From contig OZ249440.1 in assembly GCA_965235115.1 (NCBI GenBank), positions 33,668,001 to 33,732,000 on the forward strand: DNA of 64,000 nt. Direction: 5' to 3'. Position 1 is the stretch's first letter, and each line of letters begins with the position of its first letter. Positions 13,179 through 24,571 of this stretch are shown here, one piece after another. The notes beneath the pieces were generated by a model. The model did no database searches. It was given only the letters and a program-made list of their open reading frames with translations, and was not told where the DNA came from. This DNA comes from Laetmonice hystrix. Taxonomy: Eukaryota. The position numbers and the translations under genes are program-made.

Positions 13179-15645
13179 TGGCAGGCAAATGCTTCCTTCA
13201 ATGGAATTGTCGAGGTTTTAGAGCCAATTTTAATGAGCTCAGACTTTTAGCAGAAAACCTTGATCCTCTTGCCCTTTGTCTACAAGAAACATTTCTTACT
13301 GCCCGAGACAAAGTCTCATTTAAGGGCTATCAGACTTTCCTTGGATTTGCACCAGATGGTGACCGTGCTGCTGGCGGCACAGCCATTCTGGTTCGACAAG
13401 ATCTCATCCATAGCCCTGTTACAATAGACACACCATTACAAGCAAAAGCCATACGCCTAACTCTACATAAAGCCATCACTATCTGCTCCATATACATTCC
13501 CCCAAACAGTAACTTGGCCCACCAGGATCTTAATGATTTAGTGGGTCAACTGCCAAATCCATATCTTCTTTTGGGAGATTTTAATGGCCACAATCCCTTA
13601 TGGGGTGGTACCACAACTGATGGCAAGGGCAAGAGGATTGAAGAGTTCATTGATAATCATGCTCTATGTATTTTTAATGATGGTTCAAACACATACTTAC
13701 ATCCCGGTCATGGCACTTATACAGCCATTGACCTTGCAATAGCTGAACCAGATCTGCTGCTGGATTTTTCCTGGAGGGTCTGGGATGACCTTTGCGGGAG
13801 TGACCACTTCCCCACCATCCTTACCTATGAAGGACCCAACATAGGGGAAAAGCAACAACGGTGGCAACTTAAGAAAGCCGACTGGCACTCCTTCCAGACC
13901 CTCTGTCGGGAGGAATTCACAGCAGACACCATTAACGATCCTGAAGCAATGGATGATTTTACCTCGCTTTTAATCTCCATTGCAGACAGGACAGTTCCTA
14001 AAACCTCGACAATTCCTAAACATGTCTCAAATCTATGGTTTAATGAAGACTGCAAGCAGGCAATTAAAGACCGGAAGAAAGCAGAACGCCTTTTCAACAG
14101 GCATCCAACTGCAGTGAACCTTACCAATTTTAAAATTATGAGAGCAAGGGCACGCCGTATCTGCAAAGAGAGACGGAGGCAGAGCTGGAGAGACTACGTC
14201 TCCAGCCTGACCTCTCGTACTCCTATCAAAAAAGTCTGGAGTATGATACGGAAACTTAAAGGCAAGGGGGGTGGTTCTGGAGTCCAACACTTAAAACATC
14301 AAGACACCCTACTAACCACCACAGATGAAATAGCGAATAAACTGGCCAAAACCTTTCAAACAAACTCCTCCTCCAGAAACTGCCTCCCTCAATTCCAAGA
14401 CATTCGTGCTCAAAAAGAGAAACAAAAACTAAACTTTCATTCTGACAACAGAGAAGAGTACAACCAACTCTTCTCTATTGAAGAACTCAAATGCTCTCTT
14501 AGAAAATCACACGACACTGCAGTTGGACCTTACAAAATACATTACCAATTCTTAAAACATCTACCCGACCCCACCCTCCTCATCCTTCTTCACATTTTCA
14601 ACAATATCTGGATAACTGGTAATATACCCCTTTCCTGGCAAGAAGCAATAATCATCCCCATCCCCAAACCAGGAAAAGACCATAGTGAAGCTAACAATTA
14701 CAGACCAATAGCCTTAACAAGTTGCTTGTGCAAAACCATGGAGAGAATGATTAATGATCGCCTCGTCTGGAAGCTGGAGTCTGAGCAGCTCATCACGGAG
14801 TTTCAGTGTGGCTTCCGGCGAGGAAGAAGTACTCTCGATCATCTAATCAGACTCGAGACATACATCCGAGATGCTTTTATCAACCGCGAACATGTTGTTG
14901 CCGTCTTTTTCGACCTTGAAAAGGCATACGACACAACATGGAAGTACGGCATTTTAAAAGATTTACATGATATGGGTTTTAGGGGGCGTTTGCCCCTTTT
15001 CATATCCCAGTTTTTATCCAACAGACATTTTCAAGTCAGAGTAGGCACGACCCTGTCTGACTTGCACGACCAAGAATTAGGTGTGCCTCAGGGAAGCATT
15101 TTGTCCGTTACCCTTTTTAGTATTAAGATCAACAGCATTGTTAACTCGGTTAAAACTGGCATGCCCTGCAGCCTGTTCGTCGATGACTTTGACGTCTGCT
15201 GCAGAGGCAAAAACATGAATGCCATTGAGAGACAGCTCCAACTTTGTCTCAACAGAATCCACACTTGGTCCGTGGAAAACGGTTTTAAATTTTCAAAATC
15301 TAAAACAGTCTGCATGCATTTCTGCAAACTGCGTGCTTTCCACCTTGACCCCGAGTTGACAATGGATGGAGATCCTATCAAGGTCGTTAAAGAGACAAAG
15401 TTTCTGGGACTCACTTTTGACAGCAAGCTGTCTTTTATCCCTCACATTAAATCACTCAAATCCAGGTGCCTTAAGGCTCTGGATGTTCTCAAGGTTTTAT
15501 CTGGCACAAACTGGGGGGCAGACAGTACAGTCCTTTTACAACTGTACAGAGCTTTAATCCGGTCGAAGCTCGATTACGGTAGCATAGTTTATGGTTCTGC
15601 TTGTAAGTCTTACATTCGGCTTTTGGACACGGTTCACCACCAGGG
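13178..15645 (+). CDS. Nimb/I-group ORF2: APE endonuclease + RT, truncated before RNase H
   Basis: QWNCRG, LQET, LGDFNGH, SDHFP, YRPIALTSCLCKTMER, GVPQGSILS, FVDD; frame open until the deletion junction after LDTVHHQG. Confidence 0.92.
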
Positions 15646-16584
15646 CCCCGGATGCCGGCACGGCGGAAAACCACCACTACTCACTCACTCCCTATATATA
15701 CTTACTTATTCAACAGCAGTGATGTCTGAGAGACGGCCGAACATTTGTTCTGCATTTGTTGGGCATTTCACTTTGAAATTTCCTGCTGTTAGAGTCTTTT
15801 TTTAATATAAGTTACAGTGGGTGACTTTATTGAGTATAAATGTCATTTCGTTTAAATAGAAAGTAAGTTGAAGATATTACTTGATATTTACTTTATACAA
15901 ATATCAGTAGAAATAGAGGGAATTTTGTGTTGATGATCATATTGTTATTAAACCGTACATGATAGGTAGGCCTACACATAAAAGAATTAGCATGTACTAA
16001 GACAACATGAAATACCTGAAAATTCCTATTGTTATGAATGTTTCAATGTGCGATAACTACGAAACACATTTTCAAGTTTACCTACAGATCCCTGACTTCT
16101 GAAGAGGGAAAACAAGTACTGGATTAAGAAGATGCGTTATATTTACTTATAATAAACTTAGAAACAGGAGTGTCAGACAATGGACTTTTAAAACAAATGA
16201 AATATTATCTTTTGCAAAAAAATTTACTGAAAGAAAAAAATATACATAAAGCAAAGAAGACATGGAGAATAACTCGCAACAAATGCACTAATGTGTTTAT
16301 CATAACATAAAAGGAGGAAAACTAAAAAAAATCAGGGATTTTAACCTGGAATATAAAGCACCATCCTATTTAAATATCATTGACTTTTGTAGGGTATCAT
16401 TGGACTATGGACTTTAGCTTAAAATTGCTGTTATTTTGTCAGTTTTTGGAGATAAGGGGTCCCATTTTTTTTTTCGAAAAGTTACATATGTCAACTTTAT
16501 GTGAAAGAAATTTGGAGGCAATCAGAACAAATCTTGTTACCTGACTGAACGCCTCATTTTGTTCATCTCCCGACATCCATTCTA

Positions 16585-18098
16585 CCGACGTCTGCCAACT
16601 TGAGTTTGATAAGGAACTGCGAACAGCAGAGAGAACTTAAAGGTGCTATTCATCTCGCACAGAATGGCATTTCTCCTATCATACATTGTGCACATAGTAC
16701 TAGAAAAAATTCCGACCGATACCATTGGCCTGATAAAACTTCTATTAGTTTGTGTGCAGCATTTGAAACCTATCTCGGTGCGCACCGAGATAGAGCCATT
16801 TCCTATGGTGGGGCGTGTCAGGGTCTCCACTGGCCTTCTGAGAGAGCCCCATTTGTGCTGTTATCCATGAAAAATTTTGATTTCCTTTGTTGTGAATCTA
16901 TTTCCATGATAGGTGGGATCACATAAACGTCAACAAAATAAAAAATATAAAAATTGAAATTTTTTTCACGAATAGCACCTTTAATAGAGTACTCTGTATA
17001 GAAGTGGAAACAACCAATCCAAATGAGTTCTGGATATCAATCAAGCGTTTGGGTCCAAAAACTAGACAGGAGATACCTATGAAAGCCTATAGAGAGCATG
17101 ACGTTATTTTCAATGTCGATGAAGTTCTTAAAAAATGGAATCAGGACTATGATACACTGTATAATAAAGCACACGAAGAGAATGATATGTACACAGAAAC
17201 GATACACAGGAAAGTTGAACTAGAAGAGTCTATGATGTCGCAGGATTTCCACGAAAATGAGTATATTACTCTGATATAACTTTTGAGGAGGTTGAGAAAG
17301 TGTAAAAAAGCCGTTGGTGTAGATGGCATACCAAATGAAGTCATAAAACAACCCAGTATTATAGCGTTGCTGTCTAAGTATTTTAACAGGTTTTTCTTAT
17401 ATGCTAAAATTCCAACGTTATGGCTAAAGGCTATTATCGCCCCGATTCCCAAATCGTCTACTAAAGACCCTCTTATACCATTGAATTACAGAGCTATAAG
17501 TCTGCTGTCATGTGTTTACAAAACCTACTCTAATGTTTTAAATAAGACTTGTCGCTTATTTGGAAGATCTTAAATGGTTTGCAGATGAGAAAAACGGATT
17601 TAGAAAAAAAAAATCCTGCCAGGACCACTTATACGCATTGACCTCTGTTATAAGAAACAGACAGTGTGAAAACTTATCAACGTTTGTAGCTTTCGTAGAC
17701 TATGAAAAGGCTTTCGATTGGATTAATAGAGATCTGCTTTTCTATAAGCTTTTGCTGAATAATATCGATGGTAAGATTTAAATTCTATTAAAACAATGTA
17801 CTCACACACTCTTTAAAGACTGAACAACTATCAAACTGATTGGTTTTGTTGCACATCCGGCGTTAGACAAGGTGATGTCCTTTCGACGAAATTGTTTAAT
17901 ATCTTTATAAATGACTTGGTTACTAATATTAAAAATACTGGTATTGGGATAACTATCGGTGACATCAAAGTCTCAATACTCCTCCATGTGGATGATATAG
18001 TTCTGTTGGCGGAAAGTGAAAGTGACCTGCAATACCTTCTAGACTAACTGAGTGGTGTAAGACCTGGTGTATGAAAGTAAATTAGGGTAAAACGAAAG
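16585..18098 (+). pseudogene. Decayed non-LTR retrotransposon RT (RTE/RTEX-like), split by a TTAA MITE
   Basis: KAVGVDGIPNEV, IAPIPKSSTKDP..LNYRAISLLSC, NGFRKKKSC.DH, FVDYEKAFDWINR, GVRQGD, HVDDIVLLAES. Confidence 0.75.
16641..16980. mobile_element. 340-bp Kolobok-type MITE
   Basis: TTAA|AGGTGCTATTC...GAATAGCACCT|TTAA: 11-bp perfect TIR, purine-purine start, TTAA TSD; interrupts LINE coding sequence. Confidence 0.8.
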
Positions 18099-18100
18099 TA

Positions 18101-18575
18101 CCGTAAAATCTCTGATTGAAGTCGCACCTTTAATAGAAGTCGCACCCCCGTTTTTGGAATCTGTACTTTTCCCCCATCGATTTAGTTAAAATCTCTAGTA
18201 GAAGTCGCAGGTAGACTTTTAACATTTGACCCAAATGGACGGTCTGTTAATTTGTTAATAAAATATATTTGTCCCTGAAAGTACTGCTAATGTTAATAAA
18301 ATATTCATCCGACGAGTTATTTACCATGACCCAATCCCTATTTTAATGATCAGTATAGCTTAAGCAAAGTCCATAATTCATAAGACTCGACACCAGTGGG
18401 AGGGAAGCACGTGGTCTCTGTAGTGGTGCCACCTGGTGGTTTCTAAGATAACTATTCTCACGAGCTCAGCCAAAATCTCTAACAGAAGTCGCACCCCTGC
18501 TTTTGGCCTTCTCTTCAGAGTATTTCCAAACTGAATCTCTAATAAAAGTCGCGACTTCTATTAGAGATTTTACGG
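18101..18575. mobile_element. Tc1/mariner/pogo-type MITE
   Basis: TA|CCGTAAAATCTCT..GAAGTCGC ... GCGACTTCTATTAGAGATTTTACGG|TA; 25-bp TIR with 2 mismatches, TA TSD, internal repeats of tagaagtcgca. Confidence 0.8.
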
Positions 18576-18579
18576 TACT

Positions 18580-18750
18580 AAGACGCTCATCGTCACAGGG
18601 TACCGTGGGACCTTTAACCCATCGACGGGGTATGACATTCACTGTAGCACCACAATCTACTTGAAAGTTTACTCGTGTGCCATTTACTCTGAGATGTTCC
18701 AAGATAGCTTTCTTTTTTCGACCTTTGTCACCATCTACTTTCACATTTGA
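18580..18750 (-). pseudogene. LTR-retrotransposon aspartic protease fragment
   Basis: LRVNGTRVNFQVDCGATVNVIP (D-S/T/C-GA motif). Confidence 0.6.
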
Positions 18751-19779
18751 AGCCTTTATGGAAGACTAAGTGTCAGATTTGGGGAAGTGGCCGCAAGTGG
18801 ACGTCAGACTCTGTTTATATTTGTATTTAAATAGCCATATTTGACCCCAATCCTGCCGAATGCTGTACAAATGAGCGGAGCATGAATGTTGTGGAACAAA
18901 CTCTTTCAGATACAGTTAAAGCCACCTCTCACCGTTGCAAACATCCTGGACATGTGCAGTGAAAAGTTTCTGGGCCAGTCTTGCATTGAGGCCAGTGAGA
19001 ATAAGAGGTTTGGTCCTCCTGAGGACTAGTGAAGGTCCTCGAATCGAGAATGATCAAGATCTGATTGGGAGGAAGTTGATATATTTTCTCAGTTATGAGG
19101 CAAGTACACGTACTTGAATATATATTATATACCAAACAGGTTGTAGGTTTCTGCAGCTGCGGCAGTTACTCCCAAGGTGGCAGAAACAGTTTTCTGCCAA
19201 TATTTTAGCAGAAATGGCAGAAACACAAAATATATTTTTGAAACTTTGTAGTTAGCTTATTAATAGCATAGATTGTTGCTTGTTGTGTGAATTGTGTGAC
19301 AAAGGTAAATTTCATTGCAAACCGAAGAGTGCTTTTGAACAAAGGTGAAAGCTTCATCTTGAAGTTGTAAGATTTGGTAGGTGCAAACTTCAGTTTATTC
19401 CAGCCAGAACTGTATATCTGTGTTAAAATTAAAAGCCATGACGATTTGATTTCACTTTGGTTTGGGAATTACAGAGATTTGATGAGGAATCAGTCCTTCG
19501 TTCAATGAGCTTTTTATCACTTCCTGGTGAGGCACTAAAATGGCGCAAGATTTCATATTCCTTAAGCTAGGTGTCTACTTATGCGGGCATGGACACAGAC
19601 ACGGACAACAACACTTTCATGTTTGTGTCCACTTCTGCGGCAGTCAGCCCTTTCGCCAAAGGTCGCTTTTGTCTCGATTTGTCTTCGATCGCTACATGGT
19701 GCGGTCGGAAAATGACAGGCCATGCTCCGTATGCCGGATCGGGCTCCGCAGCAGAAAAATCCCAGGACTGTTGATTATC

Positions 19780-20210
19780 TGAGCCAAAGAAAATATTACT
19801 CTGGGACCTTTGGAATTGTGTTTCTATCACCATGCAGGGACTGCCCAGGCAAGCGCTTCAAATGCTGGTAAGTTCAGCATTGAATATTATTTTATCACTG
19901 AAGTATGTTTCCTGTTCCTTTTGGTGCTTTCCCTACCATGTCATCGTGAATGAAAAGTAATATTGCACTGCACTGAAAAAGTGATATTGACCAGTCACTT
20001 TGAATTACGATATAAAAATATTACTCTGGTAAACGTAATAATTGTTTAAATACCATGCAGGGAAGCACGCCTCCAAATCCTGGTAAGTTCAGTGTTAAAT
20101 ATTATTTCATCATTGCCGTATCTTCACGGTTCTTGGTAAGTTCCCTATCACGTGAGATCATAGATCACTAATATTGCACAGAAAAAGTCATATTGACCAG
20201 TCAATATGAA
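19780..20210 (+). repeat. Diverged ~230-bp tandem duplication containing AG/GTAAGT-bounded short segments
   Basis: aatattactctgg...accatgcaggga...caaat.ctggtaagttcag...atattgaccagtca occurs twice. Confidence 0.6.
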
Positions 20211-22865
20211 TTTCTGGCCTTGCTCACCCCGATTCCAACTTTCTAGAGATATGCCTATAGAGGTCTCTGCACATGCACTTTACATAATACACACATATAA
20301 GTGTATCTCTGAAAAAAAAAATCGGCCAAAGTTGCATCTTGTAATTAATGAGCTATTGGCCAGAGAAGCTAAAAATGCAAATAAATTGACCCAATTATGC
20401 AAATTGATATTTTGACTAATATATAAATAATTGTGATTAATCATCATTCTTTCTTTATTTGCTCTTTACAGTCGATGATGAAGTGTCAATAAAGGGGGCA
20501 ATGGTAGGACACGCGCCCTTGGGTATGTACAGTGTTAATAAGGCCACACGCTGCAGGGTGGGGGGTGTGGATTTATTTTCACTGCCATTTTTCAGTGCAC
20601 AGCCATATCTTAAAAACACATGGTCCAATGCTTTTCCAATGCTGTTCAACACGAGATCAGGCCCCCTCATGTCATTATACTCTTTGATATCCTCCAACAT
20701 GGCTGCTCTGCCAACATATTCAACCTTTTTCTTTCAAATTAAAAACAAAGGATAGTAAAGCACGGCAATGAATACGTGCATTTATTTTCATAGAGAAGGA
20801 TTCAAAAATTACCTTTGGGCTATAACTTCTCTAAGTCATGTTTTTGTAAACATCCTTGCGATACATTTTCTTAGATTCAAAATGGCAGCACAAGATTGCA
20901 ATTGAGTACCATGGTAGGTGGACCAGTGTTTTTTTTTCATAAGTTTTTTTTTTTGTTCATAAGCACATTGCTTGTCTTCCATCTGCTGTCTTCCATCTGC
21001 TGCCTCGACATATGCTTCTATGTTTATCTGGGGACCCACCAGCATTCATTTTCGACTTTTTGTTATAAGATTTAACCAATTTTCTGGACGCCATTAAAAT
21101 ATTTGGCTGGTTTTCAAAATTTAGGAAGACAGAAGTGTCTTCTGGATTGACTTTGATTTTAATGAAGACATATCGCAAAAAATGAAATGGTTACGGGTAC
21201 AATAAATTCCAATTATGAATTGGCAGAATTCAGGGAGTACTTATGTACCTAGTGTGGTCTACTTTTCTAGTTCCCATTCTCGAAGCCCCTGCATCCTACA
21301 GCAAGGAAGGGCTAACCCCATGGATTGAAGTTATAATAATTTCAGTGTCTTGCAATTAGTGACTTTAAGGGCATGCATGCCCGGGTCAGGACAAAGTTAC
21401 ATTTATGGAATTCAACAAAAAGTTTGTAAATTTCAGTAATGAGTCTTGAACGTTTGAAGATTTCTCTCAATTGAAGATTAAAGTTGAAGCATCGAGTTAT
21501 GGTTCATGGGTGCTTGGGAGTGGATCGTAAAGCAACTGGATTTTGTCAATGAAGCTCAAATTTACACATTTTAAATAGTTCATTTGAGATTTCCTGAAGA
21601 AATTCCCTGTAGAAATACTGATCATTTGTCAGTAATCTGGTGCAGGAACAACTACAAATATGGGTGGTATGCCAATAATAAGGCAAGGCACAGTTTCATA
21701 GCTCCCAATTTCCAGCGTTTTAGAAAATATATTACAGGAAAATACTGACCGTTTCTTCACCAGTAATGTCATGTAGAGTCACAAAGGTTGGGAGGGTCAT
21801 TCTTACACATTTTTTTTACTTATTTTCTGAAATAGTTTGCCACATTTCGCCCATGCAGGATGGCTGTAGGCTTGCTTATTCCTTGCGAGTATGCCACCTG
21901 ACGCATTCGGAAAACCTCGGCCCAACTTCCGGTCGCTTCGCTGTAGTTGTGCTCGGACACCCCTCGATGCATTAATATTGTGATGTTTATGGGGTCTCAG
22001 AACTTATTGTTAGACCTAAACTTGTCAATGGTCATCTGGTAAGATTTCACAGTGGTCGACCAGTTATTTTCAGTTGTCAATTGTCGACCCCAGGTCGACC
22101 CAGTCATTCTTTGTCGACCCCCGGGTCGACCACGTTGGGACAAACTCTCTCAACAGTAGCTGATATTATCATTGTCAACTGTAATCAGTCAGCATTTATT
22201 GTTATCACTACAATACCTTTGTATACAGCTACCAGTCTTGATCTGTAATCATTTAGAGGCGTCATATTTTGTATAAAGTTATCAACGGTAATCTTAGTCA
22301 TGCGGTGGCCGCCATGTTGTTTTGGTCGACCTCCGGGTCGAAATATTACGTCATCATTCATTGGTTGGACGTGACCTAGTTGTGTTACAAGCGCGCCGCC
22401 TATTGGTTATTTTCCGACCCAGGGTCGACCCCCAAAACCGACCCACCCCCAGAAACTATAAATAGGGCCCAAAACGCCCTTGAGTTCTGTTCATCTCGAT
22501 CATCCCCCGAGGTTAGTAGGAGCGGTAGATGTGAACTCATTTTGGCACTTTTATGTTGCTAAGGTCGGCACTGACATTGGATCGGACGACTAACTAGCAA
22601 AGGAATTACATTAATGGACTTTTTTTTTATTGAGGATTAGGAGGAATTAGCGGTTTGGTGTGAAAAAATTCACACAGTTAAACGAGACTTACCTTGGTTA
22701 AGGTGAAGTTTGACTGGAATTCTGTCCTGTGGTGGAGTGTTGGGAGGGATTACGTGAGATTCGGTTCTGCGCCTGCGCGGTCATCTTTTGAAGAGCCTGG
22801 AGTGCCAAAACTGCCACTAGGCTGACTGATGAAAAAGGTGATGAAATACGGGTTGGGAGGGTGGG

Positions 22866-22993
22866 CACGTAATCCCTCCCAACACTCCACCACAGGACAG
22901 AATTCCAGTCAAACTTCACCTTAACCAAGGTAAGTCTCGTTTAACTGTGTGAATTCTATCCTGTGGTCTCGTGTTGTACGTGATTCCGTGAGA
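22866..22993. repeat. DIRS internal complementary region (ICR, circle-junction copy)
   Basis: 22866-22955 is the reverse complement of 22667-22757 and is joined through ATT to the reverse complement of 27856-27896 (tgtgtgaATTctatcctgtggtctcg). Confidence 0.93.
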
Positions 22994-23296
22994 GTTCAAA
23001 GTGCACTCCAGGCAAGCCTGGTAGCAAGAAACCACAAACATCATGTCAAATAACATGTTTTAATGAAGGCAGCATACAGTTTACCAACATCACCTGTGAA
23101 ACTGCGGTGAGACGCTGAAGCCACATTGTATCAAATCCTGAAGTTTAAATGAATAAACTGCTAAAAAATAAACTGCCATCGCAACTCTACTACAACTGTT
23201 TCAGTCACAGGCAGCATAGACGACTGCTTCACACCTGAGAGGTCTAGATTAAATATGTAGAACTAGAATAATAATGACAAACTTAACTCTATGGAG

Positions 23297-24571
23297 CTAC
23301 GTCGCTTGCGTACCTAAAACTTTGGTTGCAAAGGAGTCCTTTGTAACAGTCTTGTCATAAAAACGCGCAAAGGTCCGTGCAGTGGACCAACCGGCATGTT
23401 TAAGAATTTCGTCCATCGGCACATGGGCTCCCTTAGCTGCTGATGCCGATGCTGCCCTGACAGAGTGCACTTTAAATTTCACTACATCTATTCCTGCCCT
23501 CGCCAGAGCAGTTTTAACCCATCTACTAATGGAGTCCCTTGAGGCTGGCCTGTGTGGTTTCACCGTGGTGAGAATAAGCTGTTGATGTGTACCCCTTAGG
23601 GGGGCTGTCCGTTTCAGGTATTCTTTGAGGGCAGTCGTAACACAAAGTCCTCTGTCAGGGGGGTAGCCTTTAAATTTGAGTACTTCGCGTGTTTTCCCCT
23701 GACGGTGGTGCTTCAGAGGAGTGGCAAAGGTGAACGTGAAACTGCTTTTGCCCTCTTTCATACCTGCTATTGACAGAGCATGAATAGTCTGTCCCCTTTG
23801 TGCCGACACAACAGCCATCAAAGTCACAACCTTAATCGTAAGGTCTCTTAAGCCAAGCCTCTTTACCGGTGACAGTGTCCGCAAGAATGTCAGTAGGACT
23901 GCCGCATCCCATGTGTCCTCGTATCTGGGCATGGGCGGCTTCCTGTTGAAAACTCCTTTCATGAGCGTACGTACCCATGGATGTTGACCAACGGGTTGAC
24001 CATCAATCACCACAATGGTAGATAGCGCGGAGCGTGCCTGATTGATGGAGCTGTAACCTAGACCATCATTCACGAGCAACGCAGTCAGAAATTCTATGAC
24101 CTGCGCGACAGGTGGATGAAAGGGATCGACTTTCCATCTACTGCAATATGTAAACCAGCGTTTGAGACGGCTTTCATACTGCTTGTGTGTGCCGGTTCTT
24201 TTGCTGTCCAGGAGGAGTTTGGCAGCATCCTCCGAAACTCCAAGCTCTCCCATTCTCTGCCCGACACTCGACATGCCAGAAGAGTGAGCTTGGGCCAAAG
24301 TGGATGAACTAGTGCTGGCTTGTATGGAAGAGTCAGCAGGCCTTTGTCCTTTGGAAGGATGAGCGGATTGTCGATCAGCATCCTCATGCATTCTGAGAAC
24401 CAGGGTTGGGTTGGCCAAGCCGGTACGATGATGATTCCCCTGGCACTGTCGCTGTGGAATTTCTGAAGTGTGCGGCTGATGAGACTGAAAGGCGGAAAAC
24501 AGAATACGTGAGAGGGATACCAGTTCATTGTGAAGGCGTCTACATGAAAGGCGTTTGGGTCTGGTTTCCAA
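23297..24571 (-). CDS. DIRS ORF3 tyrosine recombinase
   Basis: SAM-like N-domain (YSSINQARSALS), SAQRG (catalytic R), HSVR, HAGW...TFARFY catalytic residues. True start is probably one of the downstream Mets. Confidence 0.93.
   Translation of the reverse strand: METRPKRLSCRRLHNELVSLSRILFSAFQSHQPHTSEIPQRQCQGNHHRTGLANPTLVLRMHEDADRQSAHPSKGQRPADSSIQASTSSSTLAQAHSSGMSSVGQRMGELGVSEDAAKLLLDSKRTGTHKQYESRLKRWFTYCSRWKVDPFHPPVAQVIEFLTALLVNDGLGYSSINQARSALSTIVVIDGQPVGQHPWVRTLMKGVFNRKPPMPRYEDTWDAAVLLTFLRTLSPVKRLGLRDLTIKVVTLMAVVSAQRGQTIHALSIAGMKEGKSSFTFTFATPLKHHRQGKTREVLKFKGYPPDRGLCVTTALKEYLKRTAPLRGTHQQLILTTVKPHRPASRDSISRWVKTALARAGIDVVKFKVHSVRAASASAAKGAHVPMDEILKHAGWSTARTFARFYDKTVTKDSFATKVLGTQAT

Larger units (their letters stand above)
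11369..15690 (+). mobile_element. I-group (Nimb-like) LINE with complete 5' end, internal deletion of the RNase H region and (TCAC)n tail
   Basis: 5' UTR matches the copy ending at 52591; ORF1 and ORF2 present; jumps at ~15645 from the post-RT region to the 3' tip ...ccaccactactcactcactc; flanked by tatacttact at 11359-11368 and 15697-15706 (probable TSD). Confidence 0.92.
10235..16584. mobile_element. Non-autonomous DNA transposon remnant with inverted arrays of ATACC(A/C)TACGAA subterminal motifs, split by the Nimb LINE
   Basis: Motif at ~10235, 10428, 10586, 10604; reverse complement at ~10947, 10972, 11303 and degenerate at ~16387. Termini not resolved. Confidence 0.45.

Noticed and set aside
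15646..15805. C-terminal extension of the 876-aa ORF2
   Set aside because: Read-through of the deletion junction into the tail and flank; not a real domain.
22667..22955. Stand-alone MITE or miRNA hairpin
   Set aside because: Fully explained as the DIRS 3' terminus pairing with its ICR.
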